From assembly GCA_020137815.1 (NCBI GenBank), contig WFME01000025.1, positions 1 to 20,156 of the forward strand: DNA of 20,156 nt, read 5' to 3'. Below the pieces are notes generated by a model. It worked only from the letters and a program-made list of their open reading frames with translations. It made no database searches and had not been told where the DNA came from. Source of the DNA: Hormiphora californensis. Its lineage: Eukaryota > Animalia > Ctenophora. Positions 1-12,924 of the stretch are shown here, in pieces. The stretch's first letter is position 1. Each line of letters starts with the position of its first letter. The position numbers and the translations under genes are program-made.

Positions 1-21
1 GGACAAACAAATAAACGTTAC

Positions 22-138
22 CCGTATCATTGACTGGTAGCTGTTCACGTAATGTGCGATGTCATCAGCTCCCGGGAACCCACTTTATTAGAGCGGAACA
101 AGACCCTTTCCAGCATTCTACCGTAGTTTTCTACCCAC
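22..138 (-). CDS. PLBD2: PLBD2-like coding exon 4 containing the catalytic Cys; the gene continues left of the window
   Basis: cag|GTG...CGG|gtaacg; allowing single-G deletions it reads GSCSALIKWVPG.ELMTSHITWNSYQSMIR, the GSCSALIK...H.TW..Y..M.R Ntn nucleophile motif (Cys codon at 100-98). Confidence 0.8.
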
Positions 139-259
139 CTGTGTAAATGGTAAGTATATTGACTCTTACTTGTCCAACACAACACATGTATGTAGACTGT
201 AGAGCATTATTATTATACGTTTTGATTTAGTTGTGTCACGTACTGCAGTGAGCCTTTAA

Positions 260-706
260 AGGTTGACAAGATACCTAAAACTTTTCGTATATCGTCTTAT
301 TTTGATTTATCATTAATTTTCAGTATTTTTTCAGAATTTTTTGTCGGCTAGAAATATGTGCAAAATAGGGGGCTACTGACAAATGAGTGTGCCTTTTTTA
401 AAATTGATACCGTAATATCTCCGGTTCCTGATGAGATACAGAAACCGTTTTGGTAGCGTTGGAAAGGTCTTATTGAGACCAATCCAACGCAACCAAGATC
501 AAGTCTTTCTTTGAGGAACCGGAAACGTGAATTTCAATTTGCGAGACGCAGTGAGTGTGCCCAGTAAAACCAGTGCTGACAATATCGGTAGACCCCTATT
601 TCGAATTTTTTTTCTAGCCGACAAAAAAATTCTAGAAAAATGCTGAAAATTAATGATAAATCAAAATAAGACGATATACGAAAAGTTTTAGGTATCTTGT
701 CAACCT
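260..706. mobile_element. Non-autonomous DNA transposon (MITE), Kolobok-like
   Basis: ~95-bp TIRs (AGGTTGACAAGATACCTAAAAC... / ...GTTTTAGGTATCTTGTCAACCT) with TTAA on both sides (256-259, 707-710). A TTAA TSD with RR termini fits Kolobok rather than piggyBac (CCC). Confidence 0.8.
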
Positions 707-745
707 TTAATATTAAAAAAGAATACTTTTACAAATAAAAATCAC

Positions 746-895
746 CTTGTCTCCCTCACCGGCACCCAGAGCCGATTCCAAGTCCTCCAGATCACCACTC
801 AGATTCATCAAAAAAGTCTACAGTTGCATTCGTCCGGGGTAGGCGTAGTTAAAACCCTCGTTCAGTCCTTTTAGTTGCGTCAAAATCAGGGACAC
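746..895 (-). CDS. PLBD2: PLBD2-like coding exon 3
   Basis: cag|GTG...AAG|gtgat, 150 nt: VSLILTQLKGLNEGFNYAYPGRMQL*TFLMNLSGDLEDLESALGAGEGDK. QLKGL and LSGDLEDLE are PLBD2 motifs. In-frame TAG at 818-820. Confidence 0.85.
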
Positions 896-1105
896 CTGGT
901 GGATTGTTGTTATGTTCTATAACCCTCCCTTCCCGGGATAATATAAAATAAAAAGATCTTGAACGAAACAAGATTGTTATAATATGTTCTAACCCTCCTT
1001 TGTACAGGGTCGGGCAAGGCAAGGGGATTGTAGCGGTGACGGGATGACGAGAAAAATCTGTCAGAGCATTGGCCTAACAGGGAAACTTATAGTTGCATTA
1101 ATATA

Positions 1106-1206
1106 CAGTCCGACCCCATTTACCGGACCCGAATTTACCAGAAACCATGATTACCGGGCAAAACCCTTCTCCCGAGCGTCTCCGGGCGAAATTCGGGGTC
1201 AGATTG
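1106..1206. mobile_element. Small degenerate MITE (Tc1/mariner/pogo-like CAGT terminus)
   Basis: TA|CAGTCCGACCCC ... GGGGTCAGATTG (10/12 inverted match), with internal TTACC repeats; the right TA is not preserved. Confidence 0.45.
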
Positions 1207-1222
1207 TGCCCATGGAAAGTAT

Positions 1223-1441
1223 ACCTGAGTCCAGTAGATGTCACCAGGGTTCTTCCTTATCATGAATATGTATCATGTTCAGTAGTTACCATGGTTACAT
1301 ATATGCAATTACCTGAGTCCAGTAGATGTCAACCAGGTTCTTCCTTATCATGAATCATGTATCATGTTCAGTAGTTACCATGGTTACCATTATATATGCA
1401 ATTACCTGAGTCCAGTAGATGTCACCAGGGTTCTTCCTTAT
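1223..1441. repeat. Tandem repeat, ~88-93 bp unit, 2.4 copies, overlapping the 3' end of PLBD2-like exon 2
   Basis: ACCTGAGTCCAGTAGATGTC(A)ACCAGG(G)TTCTTCCTTAT starts at 1223, 1311 and 1404. Confidence 0.9.
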
Positions 1442-1547
1442 TATGTGTTCCATCCACTTGAGATTGCTTTCAACAAAACTGGAGGAGTCTCTTACAATAC
1501 GGGGTGGCAGGGTCCCGACAATACCCCTCCATGGTGTTGGTCCAACT
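1406..1547 (-). CDS. PLBD2: PLBD2-like coding exon 2
   Basis: Acceptor ctcactcag|AGT; translates SWTNTMEGYCRDPATPYCKRLLQF/VESNLKWMEHIIRKNPGDIYWTQ (one extra T near 1475), matching the PLBD2 pattern W.NT...YC......YC.RL..F.E.NL.WM.......P...YW.Q; donor CAG|GTAATT. Confidence 0.85.
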
Positions 1548-1613
1548 CTGAGTGAGAGAATTAGGGATAAATAATATTTATTGGGTGCAGTCACGATGAA
1601 TATATTTATTAAA

Positions 1614-1806
1614 CTAGTGGACCCAGGCCATCCTACGGCCCTACCAGGAAACTATTGAATGGCTCCCGCGATTAGCGCACTCCATCCGGATGGCTTAAAA
1701 CTGATCGTTTTTCATATCTCTAACTTCTCAGTTTCCTCTTACTTCTTAGTCCTACCTCTCTATCTCTATCTCTGTCTTTCTCTGTCTCTCTCTGTCTCTC
1801 TCTGTC

Positions 1807-1859
<53 letters not shown>

Positions 1860-2244
1860 ATTTTTATCTCAATTTCTCTGTCGTCACGTCTTTGTCTATT
1901 TTACCACTCTATATGGGGGATCTCATCACGCACAGTGGAATACTGGGTGAAATGTGGGATCTGATACTCACTGGGATGATCTGATAGTCCACTGGGGTGA
2001 TCTGATCATGGCTGGGGTGATCTGATCCTCTATGGGATGATCTGATCTTGGTTGGGGGGATCTGATCCTCAGTTGGGTGATCTGATCATGCATGTGGGGT
2101 ACTCCTAGCATGCTACTTTAATTCTGTAATTCTGTAATTCTGCTACTTTTTACGTGATCTGATCTTGATGACGACGATTTAGGGACCACCAAACATGCAT
2201 GGGTGGGATCAAGTTTCGGGTGTTTTTGTCATTATATAGTAAGA
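1614..2244 (-). mobile_element. Non-autonomous Helitron, copy 1
   Basis: On the minus strand A|TCTTACTATATAATG... at 2244 and ...CACTAG|T at 1614, with a GGCC-GTAGGAT-GGCC hairpin just before CTAG and no TSD. Contains a (TC)n/(TCTCTG)n tract and ~20-bp TGATCTGATC minisatellite units; a homologue lies at 9250-9516. Confidence 0.75.
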
Positions 2245-2394
2245 TATCTCCATCGTGACTGCACCAAATTCGAAACGGGACCATGGGTTTGTCGCTGTCA
2301 GGTGGTTTCTAGAAGCGTGTCAGGCAGTCACATCATGTCAGATCCCGTTTTGATTCTCGTCCGATCTCAGATATCGGGTCCATACGCCACCAGA

Positions 2395-2487
2395 CAGGGA
2401 AACAACCAATCAGAACTCGTTATTTAGGTCACGTGACTGGTTATCAGCCAATCAGGGACCAGTATTTCCTGATTCAGTCGGTTCCTG
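2395..2487. repeat. Short interspersed repeat (CAGG...CCTG ends, central GTCACGTGAC palindrome, two CCAATCAG)
   Basis: Structure seen directly. From memory it resembles a very abundant Pleurobrachia repeat (reverse strand reads QEILVPDWLITSHVT); not verified. Confidence 0.5.
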
Positions 2488-2499
2488 CTATCGACTCAC

Positions 2500-2756
2500 C
2501 TGAAGAATCCTCTCGGCAGTAATGAGCCCCTCCATAGTACCCAGCTGCGCCGACTCTGAATCTCGTCTGAATAGGATCCATTCGTGGTAACACTCAGTGT
2601 AGTCCACCCGTTAGCAGATAGACTGTCCACAAAGGTGGCTTCCGCAATAGATCCTCCTTTGTCATGGTAGATGGGTGTGAATGAGGGAGATAGGTACAGA
2701 GTTTTAGCGCTTATTGTCCCCAGGATTAACAGCCAGCATAGTCCAAGATTGATCAT
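2500..2756 (-). CDS. PLBD2: Phospholipase B-like (PLBD2-type Ntn hydrolase), coding exon 1 with signal peptide
   Basis: ATG at 2756; hydrophobic leader MINLGLCWLLILGTISA; GWTTLSVTTNGSYSDEIQ...GTMEGLITAERILQ resembles the PLBD2 N-terminus; donor CAG|GTGAGT at 2500/2499. The exon is 257 nt, so one base is missing near 2550. Confidence 0.8.
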
Positions 2757-2828
2757 GGCTGAAGGTTGGTTTTATGAATCTTACTATCTATTAATAATAG
2801 TATTATCAGTGTTAACAAGATAGACAAC

Positions 2829-2928
2829 GATCAGCTATTATATACAACACTGATAATTTGGTTTAGTACCATTATATCGATATAATGGTACTAAACCAAA
2901 TTATCAGTGTTGTATATAATAGCTGATC
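2829..2928. repeat. Perfect 100-bp spacerless palindrome
   Basis: 50-bp arms checked base by base; centre TATATC|GATATA at 2878/2879. Confidence 0.95.
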
Positions 2929-3105
2929 AAACCACGCTCTTTAGATTCTATTAATACAACTCCAGTTATCTTCAAACGAGCTGTGGTTGATTTGAAATTA
3001 CAAATGAAAAACCTTGATAATTTTTAATTTAAAATAATTTTTAATTTAAAATAATTTAAAATAAAAACCTTGATAATTTTTATAAACAAAAACGTATGAC
3101 TTGAT

Positions 3106-3152
3106 TTTACACGTCCATTCAAAAGCATCCCTGATCTGAATGGACGTGTAAA
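3106..3152. repeat. 16-bp inverted repeat with 15-nt loop
   Basis: TTTACACGTCCATTCA (3106-3121) / TGAATGGACGTGTAAA (3137-3152). Confidence 0.8.
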
Positions 3153-3754
3153 GCAGGTTACGTGTAAAATACTATTTTCATTGCCATGCAATTTAACTTT
3201 GTCCATAAACTCTTGTCTTTTTTTCCGCCATCTAAATAATTTAGCTAATGGGGGTTTCAAAATGAGCTTGCTGTCTCCCTCTGCCATCGGGAAACGAGGC
3301 ATCATATAACGTGTTGGGCATAAAAAATGTCCCCCCTAGACTAGCATAGTTCCAGATATCGTAGAGCTCTAAAATTTTACACAGTTACTCTATGGGACAA
3401 ATAAATAAGTTCCACAAAATTTCAGACTTTTAGCTCAAAGTTCATTTTTTTGATCAGAATGAACATTGTTATTCATTCCAAAAACATGATTTTTCGGTCC
3501 AGAAGCCAAGCAATTATCTTTGGCTCTCGATTTTCTTTCAAATGCGACCAAGAAAAGCCCAAACGGATATCCACAAGGCAAACAGTGGTCATGTTTCTGA
3601 CTGTTAGTCAGGTCATGTGATCCCCACCGAATCGTGTAAGTTATTCTGAATTGCTAATCAAGATTAGTTGTGGAGAATCACGTATCACAGCCGCTAATGA
3701 GGGATGACGATGATGATTGGCCATGAGATCCGAAGCTCATTAACAAGTCACCTC

Positions 3755-4050
3755 GGTAAGTCTGAAGAACCTGTCCTTTCCTCTCACGAGCGCTCATGAG
3801 TGTATCATGAGTGTTTCAACGTCTCATGAGCGCTCATGAGACATTGAAACAGAGATGGGATGAGACATATGTCTCATGAGCGCTCATGAGCAACGTCTCA
3901 TGAGCACTCTTGATACGCTCATGACACACTCATGACACACTCATGATACACTCATGAGCGCTCATGATACACTCATGATACACTCATGACACACTCATGA
4001 TACACTCATGAGCGCTCATGAGAGGAACAGCCAGGTTCTTCCGACTTACC
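3755..4050. mobile_element. Merlin-like MITE with TCATGA-based internal repeats
   Basis: ~60-bp TIRs beginning GGTAAGTC; exact 8-bp TSD GTCACCTC (3747-3754, 4051-4058). GG termini plus an 8-bp TSD fit Merlin/IS1016. Confidence 0.75.
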
Positions 4051-4287
4051 GTCACCTCTTTACCAAAGTGCTCCCGAATCACATGTCCCTTCTTCGATAC
4101 ACATCCCTCATTAGCGACTGTGATACGTGATTCTTTCCCACTAAGCCTGATTAGCAATTCACGATTCGGTGGGGATCACATGACCTGACTAACAGTCAGA
4201 AACATGACCACTGTGTGCCTTGTGGTTGTCCGTTTTGGCTTTTCTTGGTCGCATTTGAAAGAATTTATTTATTTATTATCTCTGATA

Positions 4288-5852
4288 CAGGGTGTCCCAT
4301 ATATTCTGTGGGTCGGTTGGCGAGCTGTCACGCAAAAACGGTGATAGTAGTGTGAAAACAAACTACGGGAGTGTGCTGGATTAATTCCTTCCTAACTGAT
4401 GGCTTTGTTTTGAAATTAAATTTCAAAAGTTAATTTTTCATGAATGAACATTCCTGTCATTCATTCGTGAATTCTGAAATATTGTTTACCTTGAGTAAAA
4501 AACTTTTCTTTGGCTCGAAATTATCTTTCCAATGAGCACCATAAAAAACAAATTGAAGCACCGGGTCGCATTGCAGGTGAGAAAATGCAAATGCATGATT
4601 TTGGCCATTCCTGCGACTTTCAATCAGCTGTATCACCGCTAATTTTTGTTCAATCCTTTTAAAAGCTTTGGTGAACATCGGTGAAGATAAGACCTTTGCT
4701 CACAAGAAAAATCAAGGTCAAAACTCAAAGTTCATTTTTCATTTTTGGTAGTTCATTCCACTCATTCAGGAAAAAAACATCCCTAAAGTGACGAAAAGGT
4801 TTGGGTTTTGTTTGGCCCATGTCCTGAAACGACAGAGAGGTGTAAAAACGTGTTTCCGGGCTAGTTAGTGGGTGTCCATGTGATCATTTTGATATCTGAC
4901 ACCTTTGCTGAGCCATAATTAAGAGATTTTCTCAAATTCAAACATGGGATACGAGTATTCTGCGATTGGTACCGTGCACCAATAACAAGAGATCCCATAG
5001 CACCTCAAAAATTATGATTAGCTAAATGAAATGAGTTGATTTACGATTGAAAAGATTAAAACCAATGTAAAGTCGGACTAAACGAACATTTTCAAGCGTG
5101 AATCAACTCATTTCATTTAGCTAATCATAATTTTTGAGGTGCTATGGGATCTCTTGTTATTGGTGCACGATACCAATATCAGAATACTCGTATCCCATGT
5201 TTGAATTTGAGAAAATCTCTTAATTATGGCTCAGCAAAGGTGTCAGATATCAAAATGATCACATGGACACCCACTAACTAGCCCGGAAACACGTTTTTAC
5301 ACCTCTCTGTCGTTTCAGGACATGGGCCAAACAAAACCCAAACCTTTTCGTCACTTTAGGGATGTTTTTTCCTGAATGAGTGGAATGAACTACGAAAAAT
5401 GAAAAATGAACTTTGAGTTTTGACCTTGATTTTTCTTGTGAGCAAAGATCTTTGCTATCCAATGTTCACCCAAAGTTTCAAAAAGATTGAAGGTAAGGTA
5501 GCGGTGATACAGCCGATTGAAAGTAGCAAAAAGAGCCAAAATCATGCATGTTCATTTTCTCAACTGTCATGTGACCTGGTGCTTCAATTTGAGTTTTATG
5601 GTGCTCAATGGAAAGATAATTGCGAGCCAAAGAAAAGTTACTTACTCAAGGTAAACAATATTTCAGAATTCATGAATGAACGGCAGCAATGTTCATTCAT
5701 GAAAAATGAACTTTTGAAATTTAATTTTAAAACAAAGCCATCAGTTAGGAAGGAATTAATCCAGCACACTCCCGTAGTTTGTTTTCACACAACTATCACC
5801 GTTTTTGCGTGACAGCTCGCCAATCGACCCACAGAATATATGGGACACCCTG
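4288..5852. mobile_element. Foldback MITE (mariner-like CAGGGTGTCCC termini, TA TSD), almost entirely palindromic
   Basis: TA|CAGGGTGTCCCATATATTCTGTGGG ... CCCACAGAATATATGGGACACCCTG|TA; arms 4288-~5041 and ~5101-5852 around a spacer of about 60 bp or less; no transposase ORF. Confidence 0.9.
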
Positions 5853-6456
5853 TATACATTACAATATAACATGTAATATTGCACCTTCTTGCGTGCTAAA
5901 GAACTGGTACTCGGATAGTTCTGAACATTAAAAGATAGTCTGTTTATGATGGTTTTCAATGAAAAGGTAGTTAGATTAGGTTAAAATTGGCATGCTGCTG
6001 ATAGAATATTGAGTTAATGATAGTGATTAAATTAATAAGATAAAATAGTGTAGATAAGTTAATGCTGTTAAGATTTAAAACAAGAATTATTTGCATTATG
6101 TATCCATAATGCCACGTTTCCCTGCCCTCTTCGATTTGCCATTCAACTCGCCATTAAGCTGTCCGCATTCCGCAAAATGGGGATTTGTGTTTTTCGAACT
6201 TTTAAAAAACGCAAAACATTTTCAATTTCTCAATTTTCCCCAAAAACGCGCGGCCGATATAAAACAAATTTTGCCGCGCGTTACAGTTTATAGCCGCGCA
6301 CACCTCATAAATTTTCAATAGTTTGTGGGCGCGCATGTTACTCCGCAAACTTCAAATCGCGCGCGCCGCACGGTTGCCCCTCGCAACGAAAGTGTGACCA
6401 AAAAATGTCCCTCTACCGATTAGTTAGTATACCAAAATGTCGTTTTCGAATTCTAA

Positions 6457-6525
6457 CCCTGCTATGCCTTTTTACAAAGTAAAAAGGCATCCGGGTGGAT
6501 GCCTTCGGCATCCACCCGGGCAGGG
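6457..6525. other. T-shaped double hairpin (three-way junction) in the LINE 3' UTR region
   Basis: Stem CCCTGC/GCAGGG closes two adjacent perfect hairpins: 12 bp + AAA loop (6464-6490) and 13 bp + TTC loop (6491-6519). Confidence 0.8.
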
Positions 6526-6659
6526 AAATAAGTGTAGATAAGTTTTAATAAATAGTAGATAGAAATATAAAATATGCTGATTGAAGGGTAATTAGTAATA
6601 ATAAGTTAATTAATAGAATAAAATCAACAGTATAATTTAATAAGTATAAAAATATTGTA

Positions 6660-6786
6660 AAACAGTATACAGTGTTGAAACAGTATACAGTGTTGAAACA
6701 GTATACAGCGGTAAAACTGTGGTAGTAAAACAGTATTGTATAATGATCTAGTAAAAAACAGTATACAGTAGTAAAACAGTATACAA
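6660..6786. repeat. Degenerate ~18-bp minisatellite (AAACAGTATACAGTGTTG)
   Basis: AAACAGTATACA recurs at least five times. Confidence 0.8.
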
Positions 6787-6967
6787 TACATAATTTGATT
6801 TAAAGATCAGTAGGAATGAGATTTAATTGTAGTAGAAAACATAAAATAGAAATCACGTAAAATAAAATGTAGTAAAATAATTATATTAAACTAGTATTTA
6901 AGTTCTACTAGTCAATGTAATATTGTAATTCGGCCTTCGGCCAAAAAGCGCCGGGCCCATCGCTCAT

Positions 6968-9218
<2,251 letters not shown>

Positions 9219-9226
9219 TCTCTCTC

Positions 9227-9260
<34 letters not shown>

Positions 9261-9608
9261 ATTTTTTACTCTATATGGGGATCTCATCACGCACAGTGGA
9301 CTACTGGGTGAAATGTGGGATCTGATACTCACTGGGATGATCTGATCCTCAGTGGGGTGATCTGATCATGGGTGGGGTGATCTGATCCTCAGTGGGGTGA
9401 TCTAATCATGCATGTTGGGTGATGTGATCTGATCTTGATGACGACGATTTAGGGACCACCAAACATGCATGGGGGGATCAAGTTTCACCCCTTTTCGCAT
9501 TATATACTTAGTAAGATAGAGGGAGATAATCTTTAATTAAGAAAGGAGATTATCATCGAAAATACAGCTATCTAATGTTAGCTTCACTAGGTTACGGAAT
9601 TTACTCTT

Positions 9609-12600
9609 TTATATGTTACTATTACAGTTAAAAATCAGAGGAATATGAAAGTTAGATTCAAATGCAGAAATGCCAAGCAGTTGCTCCCGAGTTGAGGTTA
9701 CTACTCCCATAGAGGTGCACTTAAATAGTTTGTGGTATGGTGAATCAGGCTGGATCCCACACTCTAAGCAGTATGGAATTGCTGTGGTGGTTCCGATCGC
9801 CCCGTGGGATCTCATGTAGCTATAGGCGAAGTCAACTGGGAAAAACATATTAAACCTGTCAAGTGCCTTGTACAGAGAGGACCAGAATGTAGTAGTTACG
9901 ACAATTTGCTCTGTCAAGTGCTTCTGTACAGAGGGTTTCATGATCACGTATGTATCGATCATTTCCATCGCACAATTCCTCAACGTCTGTGTCCTGTCGC
10001 AGAATACCATGTATTGTTGTTTTCACACTGTCGTCCCACAGTTTACAGCCATAACGGTCCATGGTTTCTTTTGAGTATGAGAAGTCACTTGGGTCCATTT
10101 CAGTAAAGCTGCAGTTCCTTATGAAGGACCTCGAGTTATTCCCCTCCTCTAACGCTTTCCATTCTAGGTATCTCTTGGTTGCAGTTATGTGAGAGAAGAA
10201 GTAGTGATTCGGTTCGGCCTCGATCTGTAGTATCTTTGCTGTCACCGAGTCTGCCGCAGTTAGCCCCTTTAATATGAATTTCGTAGTCAGGGTATCGAGA
10301 GTGACTTCCATAGGTGGTATGGCAGTAAGCAGGTCAGACATTGCCTTCGAAATATGTACTTGACTGCCCAGGATCTTCAGTTTCGCTTTTGCTAACAGAT
10401 CCTTGAAGCTTCCTAGTCGATCACTGAGCGGGAGCCATAGTGGTGCGGCATACAAGAGTTTAGTTTGTACCACTGTTTTGAACAAAAGCGATAATGCGAC
10501 ACTGTTCATACCTTCTGTTCGTGTTGTCCCTGAAGATAGCTTATGCCAGGCAAACCAGCACTTTGATAGCACGAAGGAGGTGTGTCGTTTGAAATCTAAT
10601 TTCTCGTCGACATAAACTCCTAATACTTTGCTTGCACCTGTGTAAGATATCTGTGTATTGCCCAGGAACATCTGTTTCGGCGGCGGTGTAGGTGATGAAT
10701 CCACAGTTCTCGGTCTGATGACGATGATTTCCGTTTTGTCTCGGTCACAGTTTACAACCAGACGCCACTTTCGACACCAATCTCTTATGTAGTCCAAGAT
10801 GGTCTGCATACTTTCCTCGCACTCAGACTGGTCTCCCACAGTTATTACTGTGCCATCATCCGCAAATTTAAAAGCTTCAGAACTACCACGGATTGTCTCC
10901 GGTAAGTTTCTAGTTGACAGGAAATCAGATACATAGATGATGAAGAGAAGTGGCGATAGAATAGCTCCTTGTGGCAGACCAATCAAACCACAACTTCTGA
11001 ATCTACCAAGGTTACCATTTATCCTCAAAATAACCTTTCTGTGAGAAAGCATCGCATGAAGAAGCCGTAATATCTTACCACGAATGCCCATCGTTTGTAG
11101 TTTATGTATCAAACATGGAACAGGTACCGAATCGAAGGCCTTCTCGAAATCAATAAACAGGATATAGGCTGTAGCTTTTCGACGTTTGTTCTCGTGGAGT
11201 GTCGACAAGAGTTTGAAGAGATATCTCGTGGTATTCCTGACGGGAAGGAATCCCTCCTGTTCTTCGTCTAAGGTTCCCTCCTCATCAAAATAGTTCCTCA
11301 TCCGCTTATCCAAAACTCTTTCCAAGAGTTTCCCAATGTAGCTGCCAATTGTGATGGGCCTGTAGGCTCCGGGTGAGAGGTAAGACTTTTTACCGGCTTT
11401 CTTGATGAATGAGACTATTCCGGTATCCCAGGGCCATACTGATGTTGTGAGACAGCAGCTGAATAATCTCGAGAGGTACATAACTGCAATGTCTCCAAGG
11501 TGTTTGAGAACAATAGGGTGGATCCCTAGTCCGTCAGTTGATTTTCCACTGCTTTTCTGTGCCTTAATAGCCCGTGTGACTTCCTCCACTGAAACTTCCT
11601 TGTTTAGTTCCTCAATTTCCTCATCCTCTGGAGTTGTATCCTCTTCCAAAATATCTTCGACTCGCTCACAAATGTTCCTGTAGTGAGCTTCATCAAAGTT
11701 CTGGTTCCTCAAATGCTTTCCGCCAAAGAAGGTGTCGAATAGTATATCCTCTTTCTCAGCTTTACCGTGAATCAAAGTATTGCCATCCTGTAAGCAGCTT
11801 ATAAAATTTTCTTCAGGCATAAGGAACATATGCCGATATCTTTTCCAGAATAGCATAGACTCTGATACATTTAGTCCACTAAGGCGATCATGAATCCACT
11901 GGTTTTTACTCCTTATCAGGCACTCTTTGAACTGTTCTCGGGTAGTGTCTCGGGTAAGCTTATTGGATATCGTTCTCCTGAATTTATACTGTCTTTGTGC
12001 TGCTCGAAGTTCTTCTGACAGTTCCGTTAGTGCTTGAGACCAATAAGGTTTCGAAAATCTGCATACCGTTTTTGTGGGTATAAATAACTCAGTTGCTTCT
12101 TTAATTATATCCAGTAGGTTGCTAAACATCTCATTTGCGTTCTGCTCCTCGTTAAGACCCAATTCCATGAGCCGAGCGTCAATGAACTGAGTCCAATGCT
12201 CCCAATCTGCCTGTCTGTAGTCAGGAACACACTTTCTTGACGTGCTATTAGAGGTTATTCCAAGGTATGTGATAACTGGAATGTGACCACGGTCTGGAGC
12301 TCCAGTAAAGAGACAGTAACTACCATCCTCATCCGTCCAGGGTCCATCAAGAGCAAATCCATCGTTACCAAAGCGGAGGCATAAATCTATAACGCTTCCA
12401 CCCTGTGTACAAAGGAAAGTATTACTTCTGGGTGACATGATATCTGCACGTTGCCTTTCACAGAAATCCTCGAGAGTTCGTCCTTTATCATTTGTGATCC
12501 TATCTCCCCACGATAATCCTCTAGCATTGAAATCACCTAGAACATATAATGCCCCGATCTTGTTCCCATTGCAGTATCTCCATGCATTCTGGAGAGTGTC

Positions 12601-12924
12601 AAGAAGGTCCGAAATGTCCTCAGTAGGGCTGCAGTATACCGATGCAAACATCGCAGGTGCCAAGGAAACTGTCACAACTGCAAACACTGCTTCAACATTG
12701 GGGGACTCCAAACAACTTAGCGAGGTATTTACCGATAAGGTCACACCGTAGCTGTTAGATAGTCCGTATGTAATCATATCTTGAAACGTATTGTCAGGTG
12801 GAATATATCGTCCAGTTTCCTGGAGGGCCAGAACCGAAATGTTCCTCTCCGAGACGTATCGGTCCAATGCTATAATAGATTGTTGAGAGAGTCCGCTCAC
12901 GTTTAGTTGACATAGGCTAGCCAT
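9609..12924 (-). CDS. LINE ORF2: AP endonuclease + reverse transcriptase + C-terminal CCHC finger (one frameshift at ~9960-10010)
   Basis: APE motifs QLNVSG, LQET, GDFNA, SVIDL, GHIPV; RT motifs YRPIT, QEGF, FIDFEKAFDSV, GLPQGAILSP, FADD, KVLGV. The overlapping frame 9609-10010 supplies CLECGIQPDSPYHKLFKC. No RNase H is recognisable. Confidence 0.92.

Noticed and set aside
118-820. In-frame TAG codons in two PLBD2-like exons as stop-codon reassignment or readthrough
   Set aside because: The same gene has several single-base indels, and the long central ORFs have no internal TAG; sequencing error or decay is simpler.
1955-2100. CRISPR-like array (also 9320-9430 and 3790-4020)
   Set aside because: Eukaryotic ~20-bp or ~11-bp minisatellites with related rather than unique spacers, and no cas genes.
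4457-5812. Paired similar ORFs 4457-4678 (-) and 5420-5812 (+)
   Set aside because: They are the two arms of the foldback MITE; no transposase or other motifs.
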